Below, piece by piece: positions 47,195 to 58,333 of a stretch of DNA of 64,000 nucleotides (position 1 is the stretch's first letter; the number at the start of each line of letters is the position of its first letter). The DNA is from a virus. The stretch lies in the UHGV virus genome UHGV-1362809. The stretch is one strand, 5' to 3'. Made by a program: the position numbers and the translations under genes. Below the pieces are notes generated by a model that ran no database searches, was not told the origin of the DNA, and worked only from the letters and a program-made list of their open reading frames with translations.

Positions 47195-48247
47195 TCAGTC
47201 AAATTCTCTTGTATCTGAATAACCAATGCACACGCCAGTTCCAATATAGCTCAGTTCGTTGACCGTTTCTATACAACTTACAACACTATTTACAGTATTA
47301 GTTATGGCACAATTTTCACCCAATTCAGTCAAGCCGATTTTTAAAGTGGCAGTAGCCTGTATAAAGGGAGTGTGCAAAATATCCGCAGGAGTAGGCAACT
47401 TATGTGAACTCCAATTATTTGAAGCCTCAATACTCCACAAAGATATATAATAATAATTATTGCCTCTTCTTACATACCTAATTGCCCCACCGCTATTATC
47501 TGTTTGAAAACTACCAACTCGTCTATAGTGATAGCCTTCATTTACCATCTCCACAGGGTCTAAACTACTATAATATCTACAAACAACCTTGCCTGCGTTG
47601 TTTATACCCAAAAAGACATGATATGTTGTATTAGCCATAGTATTTACAAGCACAATGTACATAGGAGTATTAAGAATTATGTTGGCACTATCGTCCTTAC
47701 TTCTACAACTTCCTGTACCAATCACAAACGTAGTTTCATTCTGCCAATCAATCCCTAATCCCTGTATAAACATTGGACCAAAAACACGAGTAGTACCGCT
47801 CATATATGCTTTAAGAGACGCAGGACTAATCATAATATCGTCTCGGCTACTATTAGCTACTTCCGCATTTGTAGCAAACCTTGCCACGCCTACCTTGGCT
47901 GTTGTGGCGTCTTGTATATTGGAGGCATCTGATAGTGCAATACCTTTATTGGTAATAGCGTCCGTACCCAAATTGCTTAAGTCTGTGGATACCAAACCTT
48001 TTTTTGTCAAGGTTTCTTTTGACACGTTGCTCATATTATCAGCAGCTACACCTTTATTAAGCATAGTGGCTAATGTAACATTATTCAAATCTTCTCTTGC
48101 TAAAGGATAGCCACCATTAAGGTTACCATCCATTACAACAACAGTCTTTTTATCAGTATCCATACAAACTTCGTTCACACTGCCTTTAAAGGAGGCAAAC
48201 TGATTTGTAGTACCCTTTCTAAGACTAAATACTGTCGAATCCGCCAT
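47195..48247 (-). CDS. tail fibre-like protein
   Basis: Composition and position. Confidence 0.45.
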   Translation of the reverse strand: MADSTVFSLRKGTTNQFASFKGSVNEVCMDTDKKTVVVMDGNLNGGYPLAREDLNNVTLATMLNKGVAADNMSNVSKETLTKKGLVSTDLSNLGTDAITNKGIALSDASNIQDATTAKVGVARFATNAEVANSSRDDIMISPASLKAYMSGTTRVFGPMFIQGLGIDWQNETTFVIGTGSCRSKDDSANIILNTPMYIVLVNTMANTTYHVFLGINNAGKVVCRYYSSLDPVEMVNEGYHYRRVGSFQTDNSGGAIRYVRRGNNYYYISLWSIEASNNWSSHKLPTPADILHTPFIQATATLKIGLTELGENCAITNTVNSVVSCIETVNELSYIGTGVCIGYSDTREFD

Positions 48248-48261
48248 TTACGTCTTCCTTT

Positions 48262-49680
48262 TTAATACCACTTACAAACCAAAACTGCATTACCAGCATT
48301 GTTATCCGTTGAAGTAACATACAAATTGACAACACCACGATCTATTCTCTGCATAAAGGGAATAGTTATCAAACCTACGTTACCGCTGATTTCAATCAGA
48401 CCGTCACTCAAATAGTCATTGTCTACTTCGTCCCCCAATGAGATATAATAACTTCCATTAAACTCACTCGTTATAAGTATTTTTAACTCATCTAATATCT
48501 TGCCCTGCACGTCGTCCACAATTTTTGTAGTAGATGTACTGGAAGAAAGTGTGACTTTGCCGGATACAAAAACAGTACTTTGTGCGTTTTCTAAGGCTTC
48601 TGCTATTGCCTTGTCAACATATCCCTTGTTAGCTAAATCGTTTTCATTTAGTACGTTGGCAGTATAAGAGTACTGAGCTGTTTGTGAAATGTCTACATTA
48701 ATTGTACCATTACCGACAGGAACTAATGTTAGGTTGTCAACAGATGCCCACAGTTTATCTCTAACTATGGTCTTTGTTTTTAGCTCAACAGTGTTGTTAG
48801 CGTTACCTAAAAACAGAGTCCCTGCACCGCTACACCTTATTGTCATATCTACGGAAGATGTAGGATTGTTGAATATACCACTCACTATATCCATACCATA
48901 ATCGGTAGAATTGATAGTAGCTATATATCCTTTATCTGAATTGCTATCGGTGCGTAAAACAGTTTTACCACTTACCCCGTATAGGGCATTTCCCCAAGTA
49001 AAAGTAGGCAACCCGCCGGCACCTTTACTTATTAGGGTCTGACCTGCTTCACCATTGTCCAAAGACACAGGAATATTGGAACCATCACCATACAATAAAT
49101 GGTTCTTTTCAAAAGGAGGAAGAATAGTTCCAGGAGGTTGACTTTCAATGGCAATAATAATACCTTTTTCGTTGACAGTCAGTTTTGGATATGTGTACTG
49201 TTTCACACTGTCTAACTGGTCTTTCAACAGGTCATTTGCCTGTTTAAATTCTAGACCATTTTCTCCCTGTGTAACTGCAACTACCTTTTCTGACGCTCCC
49301 TCATAGGAAGCAGGAACGTCAGCTAATTGAGTAAAGTCCTCTATTTCACCATTGGCAACATTAACAAATTCCAAACCTGAATTATCGGATTTTACTCGTA
49401 CCAATTTGCCAGCTGCATTTTTGTACGAGGAAGGACAGTCGCTCAATGTAGTAAACTTAGCAGGTACGATGTTTTTAAACACCAGCCCTGTTTCTTTGTC
49501 ATTGACTACTGGTGTTTTACCTGCCTGTCCTTCGTAGGTATCAGGAGTATCCGTTAAGGATAAAAATGTAATACCTGTAGTATTTGAGTCCGAACCTGTA
49601 CCAGCTGATACAACTGTCCAGTCGTTACCCTGCCAAATTTCAATTTGTAAGGGTTCTTGAACTAATGAAATTATATCCAT
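48262..49680 (-). CDS. tail fibre-like protein
   Basis: Composition and position. Confidence 0.45.
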   Translation of the reverse strand: MDIISLVQEPLQIEIWQGNDWTVVSAGTGSDSNTTGITFLSLTDTPDTYEGQAGKTPVVNDKETGLVFKNIVPAKFTTLSDCPSSYKNAAGKLVRVKSDNSGLEFVNVANGEIEDFTQLADVPASYEGASEKVVAVTQGENGLEFKQANDLLKDQLDSVKQYTYPKLTVNEKGIIIAIESQPPGTILPPFEKNHLLYGDGSNIPVSLDNGEAGQTLISKGAGGLPTFTWGNALYGVSGKTVLRTDSNSDKGYIATINSTDYGMDIVSGIFNNPTSSVDMTIRCSGAGTLFLGNANNTVELKTKTIVRDKLWASVDNLTLVPVGNGTINVDISQTAQYSYTANVLNENDLANKGYVDKAIAEALENAQSTVFVSGKVTLSSSTSTTKIVDDVQGKILDELKILITSEFNGSYYISLGDEVDNDYLSDGLIEISGNVGLITIPFMQRIDRGVVNLYVTSTDNNAGNAVLVCKWY

Positions 49681-49690
49681 AGTACAAATC

Positions 49691-50062
49691 CTAATCTAGT
49701 TCAATAGTTGTTGAGGAGTCTACGTTGAACTGACCTTCCATCCATCTAACTTGTACGCCGTCGGGACGAGTCAGCACAACGTCATAATACCAATTACCAG
49801 ACCTTACTTTCTCTCTTAACACCAAAGTATCGAGGTTAAGAGTTATAATGCCGTCGTCTCCCAGTAAAATAGTACCGTCATACTCCCCTGCCTCACTTGA
49901 CAGGGTTGCTAATACTACATAACCGTCCTTGCGTTCCCGTATTTGCATTAAGGCAGTATATCCAGTAAAGTCTACTGTTTCTCCTGACTTTTGATACTTT
50001 GTACGAGTTTTTATGTTTAGATTAGCATTTGACTGTGCCTGTATATTAACAAATCCTGTCAT
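49691..50062 (-). CDS. small structural protein (hypothetical)
   Basis: 123-aa ORF lying between the fibre genes. Confidence 0.4.
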   Translation of the reverse strand: MTGFVNIQAQSNANLNIKTRTKYQKSGETVDFTGYTALMQIRERKDGYVVLATLSSEAGEYDGTILLGDDGIITLNLDTLVLREKVRSGNWYYDVVLTRPDGVQVRWMEGQFNVDSSTTIELD

Positions 50063-50071
50063 TTTAACTCC

Positions 50072-51985
50072 TTAATTTGCATCTGCATAGTAAGCCTTAC
50101 GGGCAGTACCTTCGATTACTCTATCGCACGTTAAAGTTCCAGTAATTCTTACATTGCCATTTAGAGTAACTTGATTACTAAATGTTACCGTGTTGGTAAA
50201 GTTTGTTTTGGCTTCGACATTAAGCGTATTTGCTATCGTTGTTGTACCCGTAAACTTCGCCACACTGGCTACCATCTCACCGACGTAGGCACTATTTAGA
50301 GTAACACCTTCAAATACCCAGTTACCAAAGATATACTGGTCAGCATTTTGCAAACAGTATTCAGGTGTAGAGGCTCTAATACCCGTACCAAAGGAACCAG
50401 TTTCTAACTTGAACCAGTCAAGGTCAAAATACTGCTTCGTGTTGGGCTGCATGCCTATACTAAAGGCTAAGTAATCGTCATTATTTGTTCCGAATGTATA
50501 TACTCCTACCAATGTAGGAATAACAAAGGTAACAGAGTATTCATTCCAATCGGTGGATAAGTTAATCCATGTTTGTGTCAAATCCAACGTACTACTGGCA
50601 ACACCGCCCGTACCGAAATATACCTGAGCAGCAATCAAAACTCTTTGACCGTTAGCACTACCTCTAGCTCTAAAGCTAATTGTTTTGGTAGTATTTTGAT
50701 ACTTAGAAGCATTTGGTATTTTTTGCCACATGCCACTTGTCATATTTGTGTTTAGGTCAACAACGGAGTGAACAAAACGCAGGAAATTTTTAGGTCCTTC
50801 TACCCAGTCCCCTAATTGGTGAGGTACGATATTATAACCATACTTTGACTCGCCAGCTGAGTACACTTGCCAAGCTGGTATGGTAGAAGCCGTTGTGTTG
50901 TAAAACTGTCCATTACTCAATTCGTTAGCCTTGGTCACACTTGCGCCACGAGCCACAGCAAAAGGAGTAACTGCTTTAGTATTGTTAGAACCAGCTTCAA
51001 CTTCGTCAACTGTTGCCAACTGTACATAGCCAGGATAAGAAGTAGTAGCAGGATTTAAATCCTGCGCTCCTAACAATAACGTTTCACCATCAACAGCCAT
51101 ACCAACGTACCAAGCTGTTGGAGTAACAGTTAATTTACCTGCCTGTACACCACCGTCCGCATAGTACTTAAGCCCTACGACGAAACTTGGGTTTTCTTCC
51201 GTTGAATTTGGGTCTTTATACCTACCTTCAATTATGATGGTATTATTAGGACCTCTAAAACCCATATAGCCATCAGTCAAGTTAGTAGCATCTGCTTTTC
51301 TAAATAATCCAGCTACTCTATCAAATCTAATCGCATCACCAACAGCAGGAGGGTCTTGTGTATCAAAGTTGGCACTTGAAAACTGATAGCCCGACCCTGC
51401 ACTAAGTTGTGACGGTATAAACCACCAGTTAGAATCAGCCCTTAATGCCAAAACAGGAGAACCAAAACTTGTATGTTGTAGTACCGAATATGCAGAATAA
51501 GGAGCCGCTAATGGGTCTGGCAAGTAAGTTTCATTAGCTACAACAGGAATAGACGCCTCATCTGCAATTAATACGGATAAATTTGTAATAGTAGCAATAC
51601 CACTCAACACAATGGGAATATTAAAAATACGTCTATTACCAACAACATCAGGAGGGTTATTTTTTACTTTTTCACTAATAGCAGGTAGTGCTACAATAGC
51701 AAATAAGTCCCCACTATCTAAGTAGAGACCTATATTACCGATGTTGAAATCGCCTATATCTTCAGAAAGAGTAACCTTAAAAAGAACGGTACTATCATTT
51801 AATACTTGGTATCTAATGTAATCAGTACCACCTTCCCATACTTTTCCTGACACGTCTGTCATATCAGAAGTAGCCGTTATAAGGTTAGACCCTATTTTTA
51901 CTCCTGTAATTGTTATTTGAGGACCATACATACCAGCTAAGGCTGCCTGTCTTAGTCCTAACTTTGTAATCGCTGTTGTTGACAT
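50072..51985 (-). CDS. tail fibre/baseplate-distal structural protein
   Basis: 637 aa. Composition and position. Confidence 0.45.
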   Translation of the reverse strand: MSTTAITKLGLRQAALAGMYGPQITITGVKIGSNLITATSDMTDVSGKVWEGGTDYIRYQVLNDSTVLFKVTLSEDIGDFNIGNIGLYLDSGDLFAIVALPAISEKVKNNPPDVVGNRRIFNIPIVLSGIATITNLSVLIADEASIPVVANETYLPDPLAAPYSAYSVLQHTSFGSPVLALRADSNWWFIPSQLSAGSGYQFSSANFDTQDPPAVGDAIRFDRVAGLFRKADATNLTDGYMGFRGPNNTIIIEGRYKDPNSTEENPSFVVGLKYYADGGVQAGKLTVTPTAWYVGMAVDGETLLLGAQDLNPATTSYPGYVQLATVDEVEAGSNNTKAVTPFAVARGASVTKANELSNGQFYNTTASTIPAWQVYSAGESKYGYNIVPHQLGDWVEGPKNFLRFVHSVVDLNTNMTSGMWQKIPNASKYQNTTKTISFRARGSANGQRVLIAAQVYFGTGGVASSTLDLTQTWINLSTDWNEYSVTFVIPTLVGVYTFGTNNDDYLAFSIGMQPNTKQYFDLDWFKLETGSFGTGIRASTPEYCLQNADQYIFGNWVFEGVTLNSAYVGEMVASVAKFTGTTTIANTLNVEAKTNFTNTVTFSNQVTLNGNVRITGTLTCDRVIEGTARKAYYADAN

Positions 51986-52020
51986 TATATAACACCCTCG
52001 ATTGTTTACTATATTAAAAA

Positions 52021-53856
52021 TTATTGTACACTAAAGAAATACGTAAGGTATCCATTAAATGGATTATTACCCAACCAGTTTGTACCGAGCCTTATCATAT
52101 TAGGAATACGTTGTAGGGATACAATATTAGTATGAGTTTCTTTACCTATCTTGATTGCTACTTCATAATTATTTTCATTGGGAGAAATCTGTACGAGAAG
52201 TTCTGTATTTAATAATAAAGTACCTATTTCTATTTCTTGTTTTACTCCAGAGTCTATAACCTCTAAAACTATATAAGGAGTATGCTCCCGCATCTTGCGA
52301 ACTATATTTATACAGTTAGCAAAATCCCTACCGTATCCTAGCACAAAACATTCGTTATAATCTACGGTATCTTTTAAAAACTGGAAAAACAAAGTAGAGT
52401 TTACAATGTTTTCGTCTGTACAAATATAAGTATCGCTTACACGGCGTAAGTCTTTCGCATTGGTAATAATAGGGGACGTCGGTATTTTTCCGTCAGTAAG
52501 CTGCATTACTTGAACTTTCGGATCAGGTTCTATAACTAATTCTGTAGGCTTACTTACTGAAAAAGACATAAATTCATTTATATCCAGAGTGACATCAATA
52601 GCCCCGCTTAATTTTGTTTTACCGCTAAACCCAAAAGATTTGTACACATAAGTACCTTCGTCCAACATTATGGTCTTGGTGCCTATCACATTAGAATACG
52701 GAATATAATTTGTAGCTTCTCCTTCTAATAATATACCTCTATTAGGAGCTATTCTAATTGTGTTAGCAGGTACAGTTTCTATCATATTGTAACCAAGCCT
52801 ATCCTTTGTTACATAAGAAGCTGCCGTATTGCGATAACATACCCAATTTGCTGGTAAGTATTTCGTTGGCTCTCTCCATAGATTGCCATAGTATACTTGC
52901 ATAAAGAACCAACTTATGTCACGCTCAACTCCGTCTAACACGCATACAGTTCTACCGGAAGTATATAGGTCATAGTCACGATGCGTAGCCCAAGTGTACA
53001 ACATTCCTTCATATTGCGCCCACACAGGTATAGTATCTGTGAAAATCGTATGACAGTCTTTACTATGCAACAAATACAAGCTACCTTCGTCGCAATAATA
53101 TACACCAGATACAGTACCTAACACTAATTGAGCGGGTGCCACTTTATAAAACAAATAGTGTACGTCGCTATCGTCAATAGGAAATTTACCAAAGTCAAAC
53201 TCTAAGTCTACATGGGAAGTAGGATAATACTTATCCTCATAGTAGGATGACTTATTTATATCAGGTAAATCACCCTGTTCAGCATACTCAGGAATAGATC
53301 CATAAGACACACTATCCGAGGCATTATCGTAAATCCACCCATAGTCTACTTTGTGTACAGCTTCTTCACTTATCAATCCATAATCTAAATTATGACTGGT
53401 ATTATCATAGATACGAGTATATTTCGTCAAAATAGAATTTTGTTTTACAAACTCTGAATTTCTTTCAAAGGTTATGTAGTCTTTAGTCCATAAAGGGAAC
53501 GCTGTAAAATGTGCTCCTTTTACTACACCAATTAAGTCTAAATAATAGTTTGTACCTTTTTTCTGTTGGTATTGTCTTAATACATATAGAAGACGTACAT
53601 ATTCCTCGTTTGTAAACAAATCATTTTTGAATACAAATCCACAATCCGTAGCGTTATTTACATTTACTTCACGGTCGCTTATCTCATAATCGTTAATACC
53701 CGCTAAACGTTTTAACTTTGGCTCAAAGTACAATTTAAAGACAACAGTAATACACTCAAAGAATTTGTACCACACTGTATTTTCGGTGTAAGAACCAAAC
53801 AATAGGCGCGTATAATCTATATCAATAGAATCTACTACATTATTAGTGTATTGCAT
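52021..53856 (-). CDS. baseplate-associated structural protein (hypothetical)
   Basis: 611 aa, downstream of the J-like gene (position corresponds to P2 gene I). Confidence 0.4.
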   Translation of the reverse strand: MQYTNNVVDSIDIDYTRLLFGSYTENTVWYKFFECITVVFKLYFEPKLKRLAGINDYEISDREVNVNNATDCGFVFKNDLFTNEEYVRLLYVLRQYQQKKGTNYYLDLIGVVKGAHFTAFPLWTKDYITFERNSEFVKQNSILTKYTRIYDNTSHNLDYGLISEEAVHKVDYGWIYDNASDSVSYGSIPEYAEQGDLPDINKSSYYEDKYYPTSHVDLEFDFGKFPIDDSDVHYLFYKVAPAQLVLGTVSGVYYCDEGSLYLLHSKDCHTIFTDTIPVWAQYEGMLYTWATHRDYDLYTSGRTVCVLDGVERDISWFFMQVYYGNLWREPTKYLPANWVCYRNTAASYVTKDRLGYNMIETVPANTIRIAPNRGILLEGEATNYIPYSNVIGTKTIMLDEGTYVYKSFGFSGKTKLSGAIDVTLDINEFMSFSVSKPTELVIEPDPKVQVMQLTDGKIPTSPIITNAKDLRRVSDTYICTDENIVNSTLFFQFLKDTVDYNECFVLGYGRDFANCINIVRKMREHTPYIVLEVIDSGVKQEIEIGTLLLNTELLVQISPNENNYEVAIKIGKETHTNIVSLQRIPNMIRLGTNWLGNNPFNGYLTYFFSVQ

Positions 53857-53861
53857 AGGAT

Positions 53862-55322
53862 TTATCCAATCAAACTATCGGCTGACCTTGATGTGTATTC
53901 TGTTGTTATTTTAAGATTTCCAAGTTTTAAAAACTCTGTTTGCTTAACAATAAAATCTACCTTTGGATAATTAAGACGATAGGCATCTAAGTATACATTA
54001 CCAGCAGTTAGAATGGCATTTTCAATATCTGACATATATATTGACTTACCAAGTGTACCAACCTTTGGTGCAAATAACTGTCTAATTGAATCCTCTACGG
54101 AAGAAGCAACAGTTTGTAAGTTAGCAGAAGGTAAACATAACAAAGTAACATCTATATCTACTAAATAGCTAACGGGGTCTACTCTTACAAATTGTAAGTT
54201 TGGAATCGTATAATAAGTCTGTAGCCAATTTACCAAACCATCAAATTTAGAATTATCCCAAAGGTCTGTGGTTAGTAAGGTCAAAACAATTACATTCAAC
54301 CATTCTTTTCTCTTTGGTGCGATTTCAGCCTGCCCTCTTATTACACAATCTACAACCCCTTCGTATGTACATATTATAGCTTTTAAGTCGTCTCTTGTAA
54401 CCGCACGGTTGTTTGTTGCACTAAGGGAGGCACCCATCTGCTGATAAAAATAGGCGGAGCGTGCCATATCTCCCCCGATTAATCCTGTGGTGGTAGTACC
54501 TTGAATGTCCCCACCTTGTAAAGACACAGACTGATTGTCAGCGGCTGACTGTGCATCTGACCCAGAAGTATTAACATAGGTAAAAGTAATAGTTTCTCCT
54601 GCTAAAGGAGATTTACCATACTTATTATCCCCAAACTTTATCTGTACAAAACCATCGGCAGTAGTGTTTTCAAAAAACTTCATATCTGAGGCTTGGAAGG
54701 TAAACAACCCGTTTAAGTCTCTTTTCCATTCTATACCATTGACATAGCAGTATACGTCTTGGTCAGAAATTTCGTAGGCTTTGTCACCAATTACATAAGA
54801 TTGAAAGTTGTCACCATTAGAAACAAAGGATTGAGTTTTTACTTCGCCTTGGTACAGCACAACGTCATTTATTTGAGCTACGCCTGCATTAAACAATAGG
54901 GCAGTACGATTGAACAGTTTGACACCATTCATACTAAACTGGGAAAGTGCTGGTATACTATATCTCGTAGACGTACTTTCTCTAAACAAATCCACTTTTA
55001 CAGAAGCAGATATGTTTCTCTGTATGTGTACACCTTGGTCTCTTGCCTTCAAATAAATACTTGAAGTTAGTTTAGCCGTACTGTAATACAATTCCTGCAT
55101 AGCACTTTCTATGCTGTACTGACTAAAGTCTCCAATCATAGCAATTTGGTCTAACAGTATACCAATAGTAGATGCAGGGGCTAAACTGGCTAAGTACTCG
55201 TCATTAGCCATACGAGTGTACAACTGTTGTCTAATACCATCATAAGTGGAGTTAGAAAAGTCTATTGTAGAATTTGTAGACGTTGTGTATTTCAACAAGT
55301 CGGATACATTATTTATTGACAT
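53862..55322 (-). CDS. baseplate J-like protein (tentative)
   Basis: Follows the gp25-like gene, as P2 gpJ follows gpW. Assignment rests on gene order only. Confidence 0.4.
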   Translation of the reverse strand: MSINNVSDLLKYTTSTNSTIDFSNSTYDGIRQQLYTRMANDEYLASLAPASTIGILLDQIAMIGDFSQYSIESAMQELYYSTAKLTSSIYLKARDQGVHIQRNISASVKVDLFRESTSTRYSIPALSQFSMNGVKLFNRTALLFNAGVAQINDVVLYQGEVKTQSFVSNGDNFQSYVIGDKAYEISDQDVYCYVNGIEWKRDLNGLFTFQASDMKFFENTTADGFVQIKFGDNKYGKSPLAGETITFTYVNTSGSDAQSAADNQSVSLQGGDIQGTTTTGLIGGDMARSAYFYQQMGASLSATNNRAVTRDDLKAIICTYEGVVDCVIRGQAEIAPKRKEWLNVIVLTLLTTDLWDNSKFDGLVNWLQTYYTIPNLQFVRVDPVSYLVDIDVTLLCLPSANLQTVASSVEDSIRQLFAPKVGTLGKSIYMSDIENAILTAGNVYLDAYRLNYPKVDFIVKQTEFLKLGNLKITTEYTSRSADSLIG

Positions 55323-55324
55323 CG

Positions 55325-55765
55325 TTAGACTCCACCAGTAATAATATCTATATTAGAATGTATAAATACTTTCATTTTTGTTTCGCCAAGTTGCGAGGTA
55401 TTTTTATTTTTCCAATAAAGGGCAATATCATAACATTCCAAGTCATAGTCAGCAGTTACATCAATATCCCCAAATTTAAGGTCAATTTCTTCCACCCATT
55501 TTGTAATATTCGTATACAACATCATTTTTATATTGTCAGCAACAGTTTCCGCCATGGGTTCAAATAAAAAGAACTCTAAGTTTCCACCAAAAGTAGGTTC
55601 AAACATACGGGAACCAAGACGAGTAAAAGCATTAGAAGACGTCAACAGCACATTGGTAATTTTGTTGCTTATAACATCGTTGTTATAAAGTACTAATCTA
55701 CTACTATCCTTTTGGTACTGACTATTCAAATCATAAATATATACATTACTTGCCATAATAAACAC
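55325..55765 (-). CDS. baseplate wedge protein, gp25/GPW-like
   Basis: 146 aa. SRMFEPTFGGNLEFFLFEP matches the gp25 family R...P.FG..L...FEP block. Confidence 0.5.
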   Translation of the reverse strand: MFIMASNVYIYDLNSQYQKDSSRLVLYNNDVISNKITNVLLTSSNAFTRLGSRMFEPTFGGNLEFFLFEPMAETVADNIKMMLYTNITKWVEEIDLKFGDIDVTADYDLECYDIALYWKNKNTSQLGETKMKVFIHSNIDIITGGV

Positions 55766-55768
55766 CCT

Positions 55769-56785
55769 TTATACAAAATTATTGATGTTGGGCTTTACAG
55801 TTATAGGATTTGGCTGACGTTGTTCAGGAGGTTCAGGCATATTTTTATCTACATCAGGGGACATTGGGGAATCTGCCGAAGGAACAATAGGAGTCGGTAC
55901 AGGAGAAGTTTCAATAGTTGCACCTCCAAAACAGTTGAAGCCCCAGTTTATAACCGTTGCCATGTTGGTGTCTGTAACCGTACAAGACATAAATTGAAGA
56001 CCTTGACAGCTAACTGATCCACCGCCTATATCTAACGTACCTGCCGCCAATGTACCTGTACCAGTAGACTCAATATCAAAAAATGAAGTAGCCTTTTGAC
56101 TGTTAGCTTCACTTGTAAGAATATAGTTTGTAGTATCTATTTTGTAGGCTTGTGTATTATAAGTAATTGAATTATTTGCCTTTACCGAAATAGATTCCGT
56201 AGCCTCTATATTTATATTCTTAGCCTTTATATTCAAATTTTGCGTGGTTGTTATATTAGAGTCACCTTGGATTGTCACATTTAGTCCTGGATTATTAACT
56301 CCAGGACCAATGTTATTGGTATTTATCGTGAGTCCGTTATTATCAAAAGTAAAGGAAGCTCCACTTATTAACTGTACTCTAACAAATCCCTTGGTCTGGT
56401 TAAAGATAAATAAATTACCAGCTGAATCAGTCCAGCCTCGACAGTTAGGATAATCCTCTAAAAACTCTTGACTTGGTAAAATATCAGAGGAATAAGAAGC
56501 TCCGAAATAAAGTGTTGAATATAAATCATCCGAACAAAATAGTACCCATACTTGGCTACCAATCTCAGGAATATTAATACCTCCAACATTAGAAGCACAC
56601 GTCGTATTTAAAGCACTCATAGACCAAGGAATATTTTTGTCGGAGGTATGAATACCATCAACACGGGCTCTAATTCTACCTATTTTTAAAGGGTCATTAT
56701 TATCTATAACAATACCTCTAAAAATTTTATGTGTAAGATAGTATGCGTCCTGATTTATTTCTCTAGACTGATTAAATAATGACAT
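55769..56785 (-). CDS. baseplate central spike protein (gpV/gp5 OB-fold N-terminus)
   Basis: FRGIVIDNNDPLKIGRIRARVDGIHT matches the gpV/VgrG N-terminal motif. Confidence 0.55.
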   Translation of the reverse strand: MSLFNQSREINQDAYYLTHKIFRGIVIDNNDPLKIGRIRARVDGIHTSDKNIPWSMSALNTTCASNVGGINIPEIGSQVWVLFCSDDLYSTLYFGASYSSDILPSQEFLEDYPNCRGWTDSAGNLFIFNQTKGFVRVQLISGASFTFDNNGLTINTNNIGPGVNNPGLNVTIQGDSNITTTQNLNIKAKNINIEATESISVKANNSITYNTQAYKIDTTNYILTSEANSQKATSFFDIESTGTGTLAAGTLDIGGGSVSCQGLQFMSCTVTDTNMATVINWGFNCFGGATIETSPVPTPIVPSADSPMSPDVDKNMPEPPEQRQPNPITVKPNINNFV

Positions 56786-56789
56786 AGAT

Positions 56790-57932
56790 TTACACCAAAT
56801 TAATATTATTGATATTCTTACCAGTTGTAGACAATAAAAATCTTTCGTGATAGCTCAAATCATCGGAAATCATTTTTACTTTGGCTACTACAATATAGGT
56901 ACTTGTATCATTAGTAGAGTATTCATCGTTGTTAATACTTTCTACCTTTACCAAGTCGAATAGCTGTATGTTCGACTCCGTAGAAATAACTGGTAAGTAG
57001 TTAGAAGAATATAAACATCTTAATCTCTTATTTTGATGGTAGGCTTTCCAGTAGTTAGGATGCGTATTACCACAATCTACATTACCAAACTCAGCTCGTA
57101 CACAAGAGATATTATTATTTATATTTTTGTTGACGTTTACTTTGTTGGAATACCTCTTGTTGAACGTAATTTTTGAAAATACATCTGTACCACCATCCAG
57201 TTTTGTATCTATTACCTTGTACTTGTATCCATACAAATAGTTATCAGCTCCATAGTCATCCTTATAAATAGAGTTTTCTACTTTAAAACTGTTTACACCA
57301 TCAATGGGAGAAACCTTATAAAAATATCCTTTTATACCACTCGTCAAAGGTAAGTCAGAAATATTTTTATACTTTAGGATACCGTCTTCTGTAACTGCAA
57401 CCATCGCACAGCTACCGTCTTTAAAATAGGCATAATCGGAAATACGTTGCGCCCACTGACCATAGGATAAACTGCCTGAATACCAATCCATATAATCATT
57501 TGCCAGTAAATTAACGTCTGGTTTAAATCCGCACTCGGTAGCAATTCTTGCAATAGCCTGACTGCTGTTACAGTTGTTGTAGCAAGTAAAAGGTCTATCT
57601 CTAAAGTACTTAGGGTTGGCATAAATTCCATATATGGTATATACTTTACCGTTAGGAACATCCACTATATCTGGTTTTCCTGAAAGTACAAATGGAATAG
57701 TTCTTACTTTACTATTAGCATTAAGACTACGCATTTGTATCAAAATAGGCATACCGTCTACCAAAGGTACACTTTCAAAGAAACCTCCTACGTCATCCAA
57801 AATTAAACGACATTCAGGTAGAAGTTTAAGTGCGTCCTGGAATATACATATAGACTCAAACGTGTTCGTACTAAGAGCATAGGCGCACCCGCCGATAATC
57901 AAGTTTGCATCTAATACATTGGCTATTTGCAT
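56790..57932 (-). CDS. baseplate/hub-associated protein (hypothetical)
   Basis: 380-aa ORF whose position is the only evidence. Confidence 0.4.
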   Translation of the reverse strand: MQIANVLDANLIIGGCAYALSTNTFESICIFQDALKLLPECRLILDDVGGFFESVPLVDGMPILIQMRSLNANSKVRTIPFVLSGKPDIVDVPNGKVYTIYGIYANPKYFRDRPFTCYNNCNSSQAIARIATECGFKPDVNLLANDYMDWYSGSLSYGQWAQRISDYAYFKDGSCAMVAVTEDGILKYKNISDLPLTSGIKGYFYKVSPIDGVNSFKVENSIYKDDYGADNYLYGYKYKVIDTKLDGGTDVFSKITFNKRYSNKVNVNKNINNNISCVRAEFGNVDCGNTHPNYWKAYHQNKRLRCLYSSNYLPVISTESNIQLFDLVKVESINNDEYSTNDTSTYIVVAKVKMISDDLSYHERFLLSTTGKNINNINLV

Positions 57933-57941
57933 TATTACCTC

Positions 57942-58322
57942 TTAAAATGTAACTTCGGTATTAAGCTCACTGGTTGAAGTATCTCCTAACTCTGTCAATA
58001 TACTTGACAAATCAGGTATTTGTAGGGTATCTCCAACTTTTAAATTTAGAGGATCAATAACACCGTTTTTACGGGCAATAATCCACCATGCAGTACTCGT
58101 TCCATAATAAGTAACAGACAAATTAGGTAAATTATCACCTTCCTGCCATACATAGTAGTCCAATATAGTACAGTTATCAATTACTTTGAAATAGGAATTA
58201 TTTAAACGGTCTTTTAGAGTTAGTCCTACTACCTGTTTACCCTTACCTATATTTACAGAGACATTAGGGACAAAGTTTGATCTATCATAGGTGGAATCAT
58301 AAAAAGTTGAAACCTTGACCAT
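57942..58322 (-). CDS. LysM-domain tail protein (P2 gpX-like)
   Basis: C-terminal YYVWQEGDNLPNLSVTYYG...GDTLQIP is LysM-like. Confidence 0.55.
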   Translation of the reverse strand: MVKVSTFYDSTYDRSNFVPNVSVNIGKGKQVVGLTLKDRLNNSYFKVIDNCTILDYYVWQEGDNLPNLSVTYYGTSTAWWIIARKNGVIDPLNLKVGDTLQIPDLSSILTELGDTSTSELNTEVTF

Positions 58323-58333
58323 GTTAATTCTCC